A stretch of 53,600 nucleotides of DNA from the NCBI GenBank assembly GCA_947164955.1, contig CAMUYT010000001.1:1-53600 (forward strand). The letters run 5' to 3'. Shown piece after piece: positions 14,701 through 22,387 of the stretch. The notes beneath the pieces are model-generated. The model ran no database searches and was not told the origin of the DNA. It saw nothing but the letters and a program-made list of their open reading frames with translations. The position numbers were made by a program, and so were the translations under genes. Source of the DNA: an uncultured Bacteroidales bacterium. Its GTDB lineage: Bacteria; Bacteroidota; Bacteroidia; Bacteroidales; F082. Position 1 is the stretch's first letter. Each line of letters opens with the position of its first letter.

Positions 14701-17181
14701 TTTGATGCCAACCATACTCCGGGAAGGACAACCAAATTCTTCAAGAAGACGTATGAATACCTTTATGATAATATTGCTACTGCAAGATACCAGGCAAGCC
14801 AAGCTGATCCCGTGGTGCTTAACGTGCGTGGCGTGGTGAGTCACAAGTCGGGGGCTTATCTGTATTTGCAAGATGCAGATGATGCCAGTTCACATGTTGC
14901 CATAATGCTCAGACGTAACGATTTTGTCAACGAAGACGATTACAACCAGATCGTTAAGGGCGACGAAATCATCGTAAGAGGTAAGCCTTATCGGACTGAG
15001 AATGGATATGTAGTGGCCATGCACAACCTCAGTTTGCTCCAGGTGAAGAGTCAGGGCAACACGGTGACACCGATAGAGGTGACTACTTCCGAATTGACGA
15101 ATGATGATGGTAGCGATCCATGGAACACCAAGGAATTCATGCTTGTCAAAGTAGAAAATGCCGTTGTGGACTATGTGAATTCGAACACGGAATTCACCAT
15201 TTCTCAAGAAACGGTACAAGCCTCGGTGTCGCACCACACCAATGTGGAAGTGGCGCAATTCAATGAAGTTGACGTGATTGGTGTGTTCAGAAGGACTTCT
15301 AATGGTCCTGAAATCTTTATCCGTTCGGTCAACGACATCACCGTCTATCACCCGCACAACGTGATTTACGGCCCTGTGATCCAAAACGAATCCACCCCCG
15401 ACGCGCAATATTTGCCGGTCGTTACGCTCAATACAGAAAGCAACTATAGTGGAGCCTATATGCAAGACGACCAAATCAACCTCAGTTTCCCGACCTCGTT
15501 GACAACGGGAGCCAATGATGTAATCTTCTACCAATATTCAGGTGTCGGCGTCTATACCCTCGACGAACAGAACCAGAGGACTTACCTTGAGCCAACTGGC
15601 GGCGATGCCAGCGACAATCGGAGTTGGATTGAGTTCACCATGCCCAACGAAGACGTGCATGTAGAGGTGTATTACACCAGAATGTACCAGCTTCGTTACT
15701 ATTCCTATGCGGGTTCCTATCTCCAGTCGAACGTACTTGAAGGCACATACGCACATTCCGGCCCGTTGTATAACATTAATATGCCTGCCCCCGAAGGCTA
15801 TTCTTTGGTCGGTTTTTCGAGAGGCGGAGAATACTATTGCGGTGACTATTTGGATTATGGCGTTTATGAGACGGGTGCCACCATGCTCTACAACGATGTC
15901 ATTTGGTATTGGCCTTTGTTCCAGAAAGCAGGCGAGGAGGAACTTTACACCATGGTGTTTGTTGGCGATCAGACATACGGAGGTGAAACCGAAAACCTTG
16001 ATGTAAACGGCCCGATGCTTGTTGAATCTGGCGCAGTGTTAAACATGGGAAGCAATGGCATTGTGAACACACATTATGATTGGTTCGTCATCGAAGATGG
16101 AGGCCAGGTGATATGTAACAATCCTTTCAGAGGCACAATGCACAAAAACATCACGGGCTATGGCACTGGGGACGGCAACTGGTATTTGCTTTCGAATCCT
16201 CTCCAAGATCAATCTGATGTATTTGCCACGAATTATATCCAAAACCTTATCGACGCCAACGGCGAATACGACCTTTATTCCTTCGACCAAAGCGAAGAAA
16301 AAGAATGGAGGAACTTCAAACAAACAAACCATAGCCACGAGTGGAAACGCGGACAAGGCGTGCTGTATGCCAATAAGAATGATGTTACGGTGGAATTCAA
16401 GCAGGATCTGAATAATCCTACAAACGGTTATGATGTTGTGTATGATGGCAACGCTTCATTCAAGGGCTTCAACCTTGTTGGCAATCCTTGGACCTACGAT
16501 GCCTACGTCAACAGGACTTACTATCGGATGAACGCGGAAGGGACTGGGCTTGTCGAGGTCAATGACAACGCGCCTATCCATCCTTTGGAAGCCGTGTTCG
16601 TTGAGATTGCTTCAGAAGATGATGGACATAAAGTCGTTTTCACTAGGGAACCAGAATTTGTTTCGCAAACCATGACGGCTACGCCTCAGCTGCCGCTGTC
16701 GCATGCTCAGTCGGAGCATCAGGATGCATCGTTGGTGATGGCCATTTCATTGGTTACAGGCTGGAACTGGTGGACACCCATGGTGCAGATTACTGCAGCG
16801 CAACTGAATAACACGCTCAATGGATGCTTGACACAGATTATGGCGAAAAATGAAGAAAATGTCAGCGGGGAACTCAATCCTGGACAGATGTACAAACTGT
16901 ATTCGACTGCCGATGTCAACGATGTAGCTGTGAATGGCGTACCCGTTTCGCCCAGTATTACGATTGAAGCTGGCTCCAACTGGATTGGTTACACTGGAGA
17001 AAACACTACCGACATTGCTGTTGCTCTTACCACACTTCTTGGAACCTCGTTCACACCTAATGAAGGCGACAAGATTATCTCGCAAGACGGTGGTTTTGTC
17101 ATATTCAATGGCTCAATTTGGCAAGGAACACTAACCCAGCTTACGCAAGGACATGGGTATGTGTACGTGCGTGCTCAATAA
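11713..17181 (+). CDS. Giant secreted/surface protein (1822 aa) with duplicated N-terminal modules containing Listeria-Bacteroides-type repeats and a C-terminal two-repeat module
   Basis: Signal peptide MKKKFTFLLAALVLLGGLVGPMGKAKGQ. Two ~230-aa N-terminal modules each end in Flg_new-like units (YNIEFDY...SGYRFQSF...FMMPAYDLLIEASF; YHIEILE...SGYVGTG...FTMPAYDIKIQPHF). No type A T9SS sorting domain is seen at the end. Confidence 0.85.
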   Translation: MKKKFTFLLAALVLLGGLVGPMGKAKGQSITFTNLTNPQPTLSFSYGVGNEAPEGQYAYVSCANLGEGNDVTVSLGQGSNSHFELWYLQSSQNSWINLTQFTATNTDQYWFGFDFLVRLKPGYEQDSEHSDVVTLTATVNGSTVSASITLTGTVTATTYNIEFDYGLNPHGWVAVYPSHDVVAGENVYMDVHPTSGYRFQSFTFYRKSNHEVVNSEDVSFYDLSDYPYADHEYTFMMPAYDLLIEASFVPNSSLPTPTIMVGTTPMAFYNGYGDPDPEGNFLWFGVQNPGNNSAIWAEVNSTDFELCQVTEPDAITWNGQYVGVQSTDANYFGFTLGIRLKPGLERGTYSGVLTLGADRATEVVINLTGTVTDPTYHIEILEATPIPTAGYASCNEGYDHTAGTEVTLATQLSSGYVGTGVWTVFKEEDGEWVADNSVEIIGNSFTMPAYDIKIQPHFRSTTAPCIVVGDYYITLSQSVAEGFRMTGATCYNFTPQGGITVKQYTDATCHVEQTDRWLTITTDWNGTGYYLLVHFETINTSSENRTTYARIEGVTAEGDNVYSDPIEITQLGRTSISFGENNQLSLAWEGQSGTIPLVCHNLSGVHHWKVKTPEGGCELNFRWLTLDFVETNDGYEIHYHCLGNSLAVGRTVCLSVWAYDANGNVMGASENWLDGDYLTIHQDPETLISTTRDVYSFDETGATQVYTCPPEGSSFTVVSNQTGSFNYNTIYSPNYPNEANYIELQLRGYVDHAIKGIKLDMMPGETAWGMVQVYVGDLNAIYHDLAHVNNGTLRSWPNVTYSDECYVDLDVEMNGDDADYVIGSGDTLKIRITSTGGTLYCQGVTVDYVGAPSYVTEKWYETDLEDILPGDEFVIAGYYVFHWYGMDNTNGKAIPLNLTSDESELSSVEGQTEVTNNVIWTLDRYQGKYLFKPVGTTGQYLKCSTSGDVTIGTGSDNRGFEWSPRPMFNDHYYLYCNGYYLVIDENGDYYNHYWKGFDANHTPGRTTKFFKKTYEYLYDNIATARYQASQADPVVLNVRGVVSHKSGAYLYLQDADDASSHVAIMLRRNDFVNEDDYNQIVKGDEIIVRGKPYRTENGYVVAMHNLSLLQVKSQGNTVTPIEVTTSELTNDDGSDPWNTKEFMLVKVENAVVDYVNSNTEFTISQETVQASVSHHTNVEVAQFNEVDVIGVFRRTSNGPEIFIRSVNDITVYHPHNVIYGPVIQNESTPDAQYLPVVTLNTESNYSGAYMQDDQINLSFPTSLTTGANDVIFYQYSGVGVYTLDEQNQRTYLEPTGGDASDNRSWIEFTMPNEDVHVEVYYTRMYQLRYYSYAGSYLQSNVLEGTYAHSGPLYNINMPAPEGYSLVGFSRGGEYYCGDYLDYGVYETGATMLYNDVIWYWPLFQKAGEEELYTMVFVGDQTYGGETENLDVNGPMLVESGAVLNMGSNGIVNTHYDWFVIEDGGQVICNNPFRGTMHKNITGYGTGDGNWYLLSNPLQDQSDVFATNYIQNLIDANGEYDLYSFDQSEEKEWRNFKQTNHSHEWKRGQGVLYANKNDVTVEFKQDLNNPTNGYDVVYDGNASFKGFNLVGNPWTYDAYVNRTYYRMNAEGTGLVEVNDNAPIHPLEAVFVEIASEDDGHKVVFTREPEFVSQTMTATPQLPLSHAQSEHQDASLVMAISLVTGWNWWTPMVQITAAQLNNTLNGCLTQIMAKNEENVSGELNPGQMYKLYSTADVNDVAVNGVPVSPSITIEAGSNWIGYTGENTTDIAVALTTLLGTSFTPNEGDKIISQDGGFVIFNGSIWQGTLTQLTQGHGYVYVRAQ
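16741..17178 (+). other. C-terminal ~146-aa module shared with the 2123-aa protein (GWNWW ... PGxMYK ... NWxGYTG ... PNEGDxI ... WxGxLxxL ... GxGYxY)
   Basis: Hand alignment with 28265-28750. The 15-nt string GGCTGGAACTGGTGG is identical at 16759-16773 and 28283-28297. Confidence 0.7.
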
Positions 17182-17188
17182 AAAGTCA

Positions 17189-19090
17189 TCATTGCATGGC
17201 TTCAGGTTCGATGGTGACGAAGTCGCCGCGTTCTTGGAAATAAGCCACTAGCTTTTCATAAAACTTCGTCTTACTCATCGTCTCGGCGTTGCCGAAGACG
17301 ATGAGTTTCATTTTGGCGCGGGTGATGGCCACGTTCATGCGGCGCAAGTCGTTGAGGAAGCCGATGTTGCCGCTGTCGTTGTCGCGCACCATGCTGATGA
17401 GGATGACGTCGCGTTCTTGCCCTTGGAAACCATCCACCGTGTTGATGGTGATTTGATGGCGCAAAGGCTTCAGCATCTTGTTGTTGCGCATGTATTTGCG
17501 TAACAGCCTGACTTGCGCTTTGTAGGGCGAGATGATGCCGAAGTCCACCTGCTCGCGCAGGAGGTGTTCCATGCCGATGAGCTTCACGTAGTCCATCAGG
17601 GTCTTCATCAGGAGTTTGGCCTCCTCGTGGTTGCTACGGCTCAGGTTGCGGCTTTGCTGCTCGCCGAAGTCGCACTTCGACGTGTCGACCCACATCAGGG
17701 GCTTGTCGATGGGGGAGACCACGCGGTCGGCCACGGAAGGGTCGGCTTTCAGCTGGCCGTGGTAGAACTGTCGCGACGAAAACTCCATGATGTCGCGGTT
17801 CATGCGGTATTGCACGTCGAGCAGGGTGACGCACGAGGGCTTGTTTTTCACCACTTTTTGCATCAGTGTGCGTTCCAGTCCTTCTCGACCGGCCTCCTTG
17901 CATTTCACCGTGGGTGGCAGCTGCTGGTGGTCGCCGGCGAAGACGACGCGGTCGGCCTTGAGGATGGCCGTCCAGCAGGCGGCTTCGAGAGCTTGTGCGG
18001 CCTCGTCGATGAAGACGGTGCCGAAGTGGCGGCGTTCCATCAAGTGGTGGGCGCTGCCGATGAGGGTGCAGGCGATGACGCCCGAAGTGGCAAAGAGCTC
18101 TTCGCGGATTTTCACCTCCAACTCGGTCTCGCGGTGCTGCAGCTTGCGTATTTGGTTGTGTTCCTTGTCGCCGAGTTTGGGTCTGCTCTTGATTTCGCGG
18201 AGCGACGAGCGCACGCTGAACAGCTCCAAATAGTCGGGATGGTTGCCATAGCGGTATTCATAGGAGCATTCCATCATCACGTCGTTGATCCTTAACGGGT
18301 TGCCGATGCGCAAAACGGAGATGCCGCGCCGATAGAGCTGCTCGCTGATCCAGTCGACGGCGGCGTTGCTTGGGGCGCAGACCAACACTTGCGTCTCGCG
18401 TTTCAGGGTCTCACTGATGGCTTCCACGAGGGTGGTGGTCTTGCCTGTGCCGGGCGGGCCGTGCACGATGGCGGTCTCGCGGGCGTTGAGCACCTTGCTG
18501 ACGGCGGCATTTTGGCTCGCGTTGAGCCATGGTATCCTGTTGAAATGGTTGTCGCGGAAGGCGGGTTGTCGCTCACCGATGAGCACGCTGCGTAGGTTGA
18601 CAAAGTCCTCATCGTTGCGTTCGCGCACCTGTCGCAAGCTGCTCTGCATCACTTGATAGGAGTAGTCGTCGATGCCCAACAGCACACCGATGTTGCCCCG
18701 CGAGGCCAGGTTCTCAAGAGCCATCAGGACGTTTCGGTTGTTCACCGCTATTTCCATGCGGAACTCTTGGATGCGGCTCACGGTGCAGTTGAAGTTGAGC
18801 ACGCGCATCTGTCCGTTCTCGAGGCTGAAGAAGTTGACGATCTTGCCTGGCTCGAAGTCGCTGCTCGTGTCTTCGGGCTGTGTTCCGTCGAAGAAGACGT
18901 CCACAACTAGTTGGTTGGCAATGTTATATGATGTGGTGCCTAAGCGGATGGGGTACCAGCAGTCGCCTTCGGCCACGTCGCCGTTCATCGGAGCGCGTTT
19001 GACGGCTTCGAGGTATTCGGCCTTCTCGTAGTCGTATTCCTTGCGGAGAAGGTCGGACTGGAGGTAGAGAGATTCTAGGGGATGGGACAT
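17189..19090 (-). CDS. Superfamily 1 helicase, Upf1/IGHMBP2-like (AAA_11/AAA_12 type)
   Basis: Walker A VHGPPGTGKTTTL, VFIDEAAQALE, FQGQERDVILISMVR, and NVAITRAKMKLIVFG. The start is set at MSHPLESLYLQ (ATG 19090-19088). The track extension to 19201 reads into the repeat array. Confidence 0.85.
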   Translation of the reverse strand: MSHPLESLYLQSDLLRKEYDYEKAEYLEAVKRAPMNGDVAEGDCWYPIRLGTTSYNIANQLVVDVFFDGTQPEDTSSDFEPGKIVNFFSLENGQMRVLNFNCTVSRIQEFRMEIAVNNRNVLMALENLASRGNIGVLLGIDDYSYQVMQSSLRQVRERNDEDFVNLRSVLIGERQPAFRDNHFNRIPWLNASQNAAVSKVLNARETAIVHGPPGTGKTTTLVEAISETLKRETQVLVCAPSNAAVDWISEQLYRRGISVLRIGNPLRINDVMMECSYEYRYGNHPDYLELFSVRSSLREIKSRPKLGDKEHNQIRKLQHRETELEVKIREELFATSGVIACTLIGSAHHLMERRHFGTVFIDEAAQALEAACWTAILKADRVVFAGDHQQLPPTVKCKEAGREGLERTLMQKVVKNKPSCVTLLDVQYRMNRDIMEFSSRQFYHGQLKADPSVADRVVSPIDKPLMWVDTSKCDFGEQQSRNLSRSNHEEAKLLMKTLMDYVKLIGMEHLLREQVDFGIISPYKAQVRLLRKYMRNNKMLKPLRHQITINTVDGFQGQERDVILISMVRDNDSGNIGFLNDLRRMNVAITRAKMKLIVFGNAETMSKTKFYEKLVAYFQERGDFVTIEPEAMQ

Positions 19091-19104
19091 TGCGTTTGCT
19101 GTTA

Positions 19105-19347
19105 GGTGTTGTATGGCTGTCGGGCTGTCGTAATTCCCCCCTTCAAGGGGGCAGGGGGATTGGGCAGCATTTATATGTCGTTTTTTTGGGCAGGGACTCA
19201 CGTCGCCTGCTTACTGATATGTCGTCCCTACGGGACTTTTGGCAGGGACTCACGTCGCCTGCTTATGGGCTTATGGGCTGTCGTCCCTACGGGACTTTGG
19301 GCAGGGACTCATGTCGCCTGCTTATGGGCTGTCGTCCCTACGGGACT
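19105..19347. repeat. Tandem array of 4-5 copies of a ~52-59-bp unit made of two hairpin-forming blocks
   Basis: Block A GGGCAGGGACTCACGTCGCCTGCTTA occurs at 19188, 19241 and 19299. Block B TGTCGTCCCTACGGGACT occurs at 19220, 19279 and 19330. Degenerate copies lie at 19105-19187. TTATGGGC is duplicated at 19263-19278. The last B copy supplies the stop codon of the 504-aa gene. Confidence 0.85.
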
Positions 19348-20852
19348 ATGGTTTCTGGCTTGCCGCGCGTGATGTAGCGCAGGGTCACCTCGGGTTGTTT
19401 CTCTTTCTCTTTTTTCATCTTGCACTTGAACGAAACTTCTGACGGGCCTTCGTCGAGTAATGAAACGCCTTGTGGCAGTATCTCTTCCATCGTGTTGAAA
19501 TTCGCATCGGTGACATAGGCCGTGCCGTCAAAATCGAAAACCAGATACTGTCCTGCCTTGACGGTGCAAGGAAAGTAAAGTATGCCGTTGGGTGTCCTCA
19601 GTTCCAGCTCGCTGATGCTGCCTTTGCCTTCCACGGCGATGCGGAGGGCGAAGCGGCCCGGGTAGGGACTGTTCCATTGCCAGCCATCGTCTTTGAAGTT
19701 GCAGTAAAAGCCTCTTGAGATGTACTGCGGATACAACAGATAGCTTGAGTCTTCGGCCTTCCCGATGTGCCAGTTTTCGTAAGGATCCTTGAACAGCTCC
19801 TTTTGCTCCTCGCTGAAAGCGCCAGCCAATCGTAAGGTTTCCCAAATGTTGATGGTGTTCAGCATATCGTTGGTAAGGCCGTGTCTTTTCATTGTTTCTG
19901 GGTCGAAAATGAGGCCGAAGCCGGCATCATAGGCGGCGGCTTTTGAAAGGAACCATTCCATTTCTTCCATGGTTGTCGCTTTTCGGTTCTTGTCGGCCAA
20001 CAAGATTTGGAAGTTGCCGATCATCCACGGCATCTGCGTCTTGCGATAGAACGCCTGCTTTTCCGTGAGGGTCTCCACGATTTTGGTGCGCATCGATGCA
20101 GTCCACAGTTGGCTCTCGTTGACGCGGCTGAGGTAGTGCCATGCGGTGGGGGTGAGCAGGTCGGCTTGCAAGAGCTTGTCTGGGTTGTATTTGTGCATCG
20201 TGTCGAGGAAATGACCTATGGCGATGTCGCCGTATTCATTGTAGGCATAGCTTTTCAAGTCGTTGAAAACCAATAACGGATAGCTTGTCTTCGCCAATCG
20301 TTTGGCTTCTTGTTGGACCATCTGGTCTTGCAGCTCCAAGTCGGGGAGGAGGGTGCGTTCGGGGGTGTCCCAAAGTCTGTAGACGATGGCGTCTTTGGGA
20401 TGTGCCGACTTTTTCGTGCCGAAGGCACCGCGGACGCAATGGTAGAAAAGATTGATGTTGCCTGTGGTCTCGGTGGTGCGATAGGTGATGAGCTCGTCTT
20501 CCACTTGCAGCACGTTGATGTGGGCGGGCTGGTTGAAGAGTTCTGAATGGTAGACCGCGAACTCGTCTTGGGTTTCATTCATGGGGAGTTGCAGTTGCAA
20601 TCTGCCCTGTTTCAGCAGGTGCTTCGAGGGTTGGGGCGAAACGAGCTTGCTGTTGGTGGGGATACGGTTGGCCAAGACTTCGATGCCCAGGTCCAAGCCG
20701 GCTTGTCGGCTTCGCTCTTGCATGAAAGCAAGGTCTTTTTCGCCTTCTTTGACGATAATGTAGGACTTCGTGCTTCGCAATGGGATGGAGTCTTGCGCTG
20801 GAGCAATGAGGCAGCACAAAACCAATAGGATTATGGCGAGCGTCTTCTTCAT
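19338..20852 (-). CDS. Secreted hypothetical protein (504 aa)
   Basis: Signal peptide MKKTLAIILLVLCCLIAPAQ. I recognise no family. Its start overlaps the dgt stop by 1 nt (TGATG). Confidence 0.7.
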   Translation of the reverse strand: MKKTLAIILLVLCCLIAPAQDSIPLRSTKSYIIVKEGEKDLAFMQERSRQAGLDLGIEVLANRIPTNSKLVSPQPSKHLLKQGRLQLQLPMNETQDEFAVYHSELFNQPAHINVLQVEDELITYRTTETTGNINLFYHCVRGAFGTKKSAHPKDAIVYRLWDTPERTLLPDLELQDQMVQQEAKRLAKTSYPLLVFNDLKSYAYNEYGDIAIGHFLDTMHKYNPDKLLQADLLTPTAWHYLSRVNESQLWTASMRTKIVETLTEKQAFYRKTQMPWMIGNFQILLADKNRKATTMEEMEWFLSKAAAYDAGFGLIFDPETMKRHGLTNDMLNTINIWETLRLAGAFSEEQKELFKDPYENWHIGKAEDSSYLLYPQYISRGFYCNFKDDGWQWNSPYPGRFALRIAVEGKGSISELELRTPNGILYFPCTVKAGQYLVFDFDGTAYVTDANFNTMEEILPQGVSLLDEGPSEVSFKCKMKKEKEKQPEVTLRYITRGKPETIVP

Positions 20853-22171
20853 CAGTCGATTCCTCTCAAATCTTTGTAAAGTTGAACGGCGTAAAGATCG
20901 GTCATGTTGGAGATGAAGTCGATGACCGACATGAGCCGGGTGTAGGTGTCGTCGGTCACCACCCTGAACTGTTCGGGGACAAGCGAAAGCAGCTTTTTGT
21001 TATAGGGCGTGTCGGGGCAGAGCACGGCGTTGGTGAACTCTTCCATCAGCGTGCCGATGACGTTGAAGCCTGTCAGCTCGATTTTCACGACTGAGGGGTG
21101 GCGGTAGATGTGTTTCACGGATTCGGCTCGGCAATTCTCCAGAGCGTTCTTCTCGAATTCGGGGAGATGCGAGATCAGGCTTTTCTCGAAGCGGCCTTCC
21201 ATGATGGCGTCGTAGTTTTTCACGAAGATGTCGCTCACGCAGTTGACGAGCTTATTAATCAAGGTGGCGCGAAGGAAAGCCATGCGTTCGTTGACGTCGG
21301 CCACGTCGCGGTATACGTCGGCTTTGTGCTTGAAGAAACTGGCGTCTTTGGTGTTTTTGTTGTTGAAGAACGACATGAAGCAGCTTTCGATTTTCTCCGT
21401 GCTGACGATGCCGCGCTTGTGGGCGTCTTCCATGTCGAGGACGAGGTAGCAGATGTCGTCGGCGGCCTCCATCATGTAGGACAGCGGATGACGGGCATGG
21501 ACGAGATGCGCGTCGTCGATGCGTGGCATGCCGCATTCTTCGACGACTTCCATGAAGGCATCGAGGTCGGCGTTGAACACGTTGTATTTCTTGCGGTCGC
21601 CTTTGTCGAAGGAAGGGTAGGGGTATTTCAATAAAGTGGCCAAGGTGGCTGAGGTGAGCGAGAAGCCGCCGGCGCGCCGTCCTGTGAATTGGTGGGTAAG
21701 CTGTCGGAAGGCGTTGGCATTGCCTTCGAAGGCGATGAGGTCGCTCCATTGTTCAGGCTTTACTTGGTCTTTCAATGCCTTGCCTTTGCCGTCGCGGAAG
21801 AAGCTGCTGATGGTGTCTTCGCCCGAGTGGCCGAAGGGCGGGTTGCCGAGGTCGTGGGCCAGACAGGCTGTCGACACGATGGTCTCGATGTCGGATTGTC
21901 GGTCTTTCAGCGCATCGTGTTTGTCGGCCAGTTTTTCCACCGTGCGGCAGGCGATGGAGCGGCCGACGCTGGCCACTTCGAGGCTGTGGGTCAGGCGGTT
22001 GTGTACCATTTGTGCGCCCGGGAGCGGAAACACTTGGGTCTTGTTTTGCAGTCGGCGGAAGGGGCTGCTGAAGATGATGCGGTCGTAGTCGCGCTGGAAG
22101 CTGCTGCGGATGTCGGCGCTCTTGTGCGGCTGCGCATAGCGTTTGTTCGAAAGGAGGTCGTTCCAGTTCAT
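20852..22171 (-). CDS. dgt: dGTP triphosphohydrolase-like HD-domain protein
   Basis: FQRDYDRIIFSSPFRRLQNKTQVFPL...RLTHSLEVASVGRS...AHDLGNPPFGHSGE are classic dGTPase family motifs. Confidence 0.9.
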   Translation of the reverse strand: MNWNDLLSNKRYAQPHKSADIRSSFQRDYDRIIFSSPFRRLQNKTQVFPLPGAQMVHNRLTHSLEVASVGRSIACRTVEKLADKHDALKDRQSDIETIVSTACLAHDLGNPPFGHSGEDTISSFFRDGKGKALKDQVKPEQWSDLIAFEGNANAFRQLTHQFTGRRAGGFSLTSATLATLLKYPYPSFDKGDRKKYNVFNADLDAFMEVVEECGMPRIDDAHLVHARHPLSYMMEAADDICYLVLDMEDAHKRGIVSTEKIESCFMSFFNNKNTKDASFFKHKADVYRDVADVNERMAFLRATLINKLVNCVSDIFVKNYDAIMEGRFEKSLISHLPEFEKNALENCRAESVKHIYRHPSVVKIELTGFNVIGTLMEEFTNAVLCPDTPYNKKLLSLVPEQFRVVTDDTYTRLMSVIDFISNMTDLYAVQLYKDLRGID

Positions 22172-22387
22172 TTGGAGGTCTGCTTGTTTATGAAATGCAA
22201 AAGTATGAAAAAAAACTCATGTAACTCACAAGTGCGAGAGGTGGCAAGGCCGAAAAATGCGTTATATTGCCATGAAAAAGGAAAATGGACTTTTTGTCAA
22301 AAAATCAAGCAAAAATCATTGTTATATTAAATAAATCACTATTTTTGAAGCGATAAAAATATAGTAATTAACTTTAAAATTTTGATT

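Noticed and set aside
16900-17181. Type A (YPNP...) or type B T9SS sorting domain at the ends of the 1822-aa and 2123-aa proteins
   Set aside because: I looked for the pattern seen at the ends of the ORFs at 1795 and 2985 and found none. The termini instead share a different module, which is reported as a finding.
19105-19347. Possible CRISPR array, because of regularly spaced repeats
   Set aside because: The repeat units abut each other with no unique spacers. The whole ~55-bp unit is repeated, there are only 3-5 copies, and there are no cas genes in the window. It is a tandem repeat, not a CRISPR array.
19090-19442. Track ORFs 19090..19377, 19106..19372 and 19239..19442 (+) as small proteins
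   Set aside because: They are translations of the tandem repeat and are themselves repetitive (AGTHVACL / VVPTGLW). They have no start context and lie opposite to the flanking operon.
20852-22171. dGTPase as an anti-phage dNTP-depletion defence gene
   Set aside because: It carries the standard housekeeping Dgt family motifs and sits among core-like genes with host-like composition, outside the island. Nothing in the sequence distinguishes it as a defence paralogue.
22382-22387. Track starts at non-ATG or far-upstream codons (22382 TTG, 28802 GTG, 29824, 48665, 9089 TTG, 5089, 19201, 6716, 38186 GTG)
   Set aside because: In each case a TAnnTTTG -7 box, a hairpin or an upstream gene overlaps the extension, and an in-frame ATG downstream begins the recognisable protein. 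Starts remain predictions.
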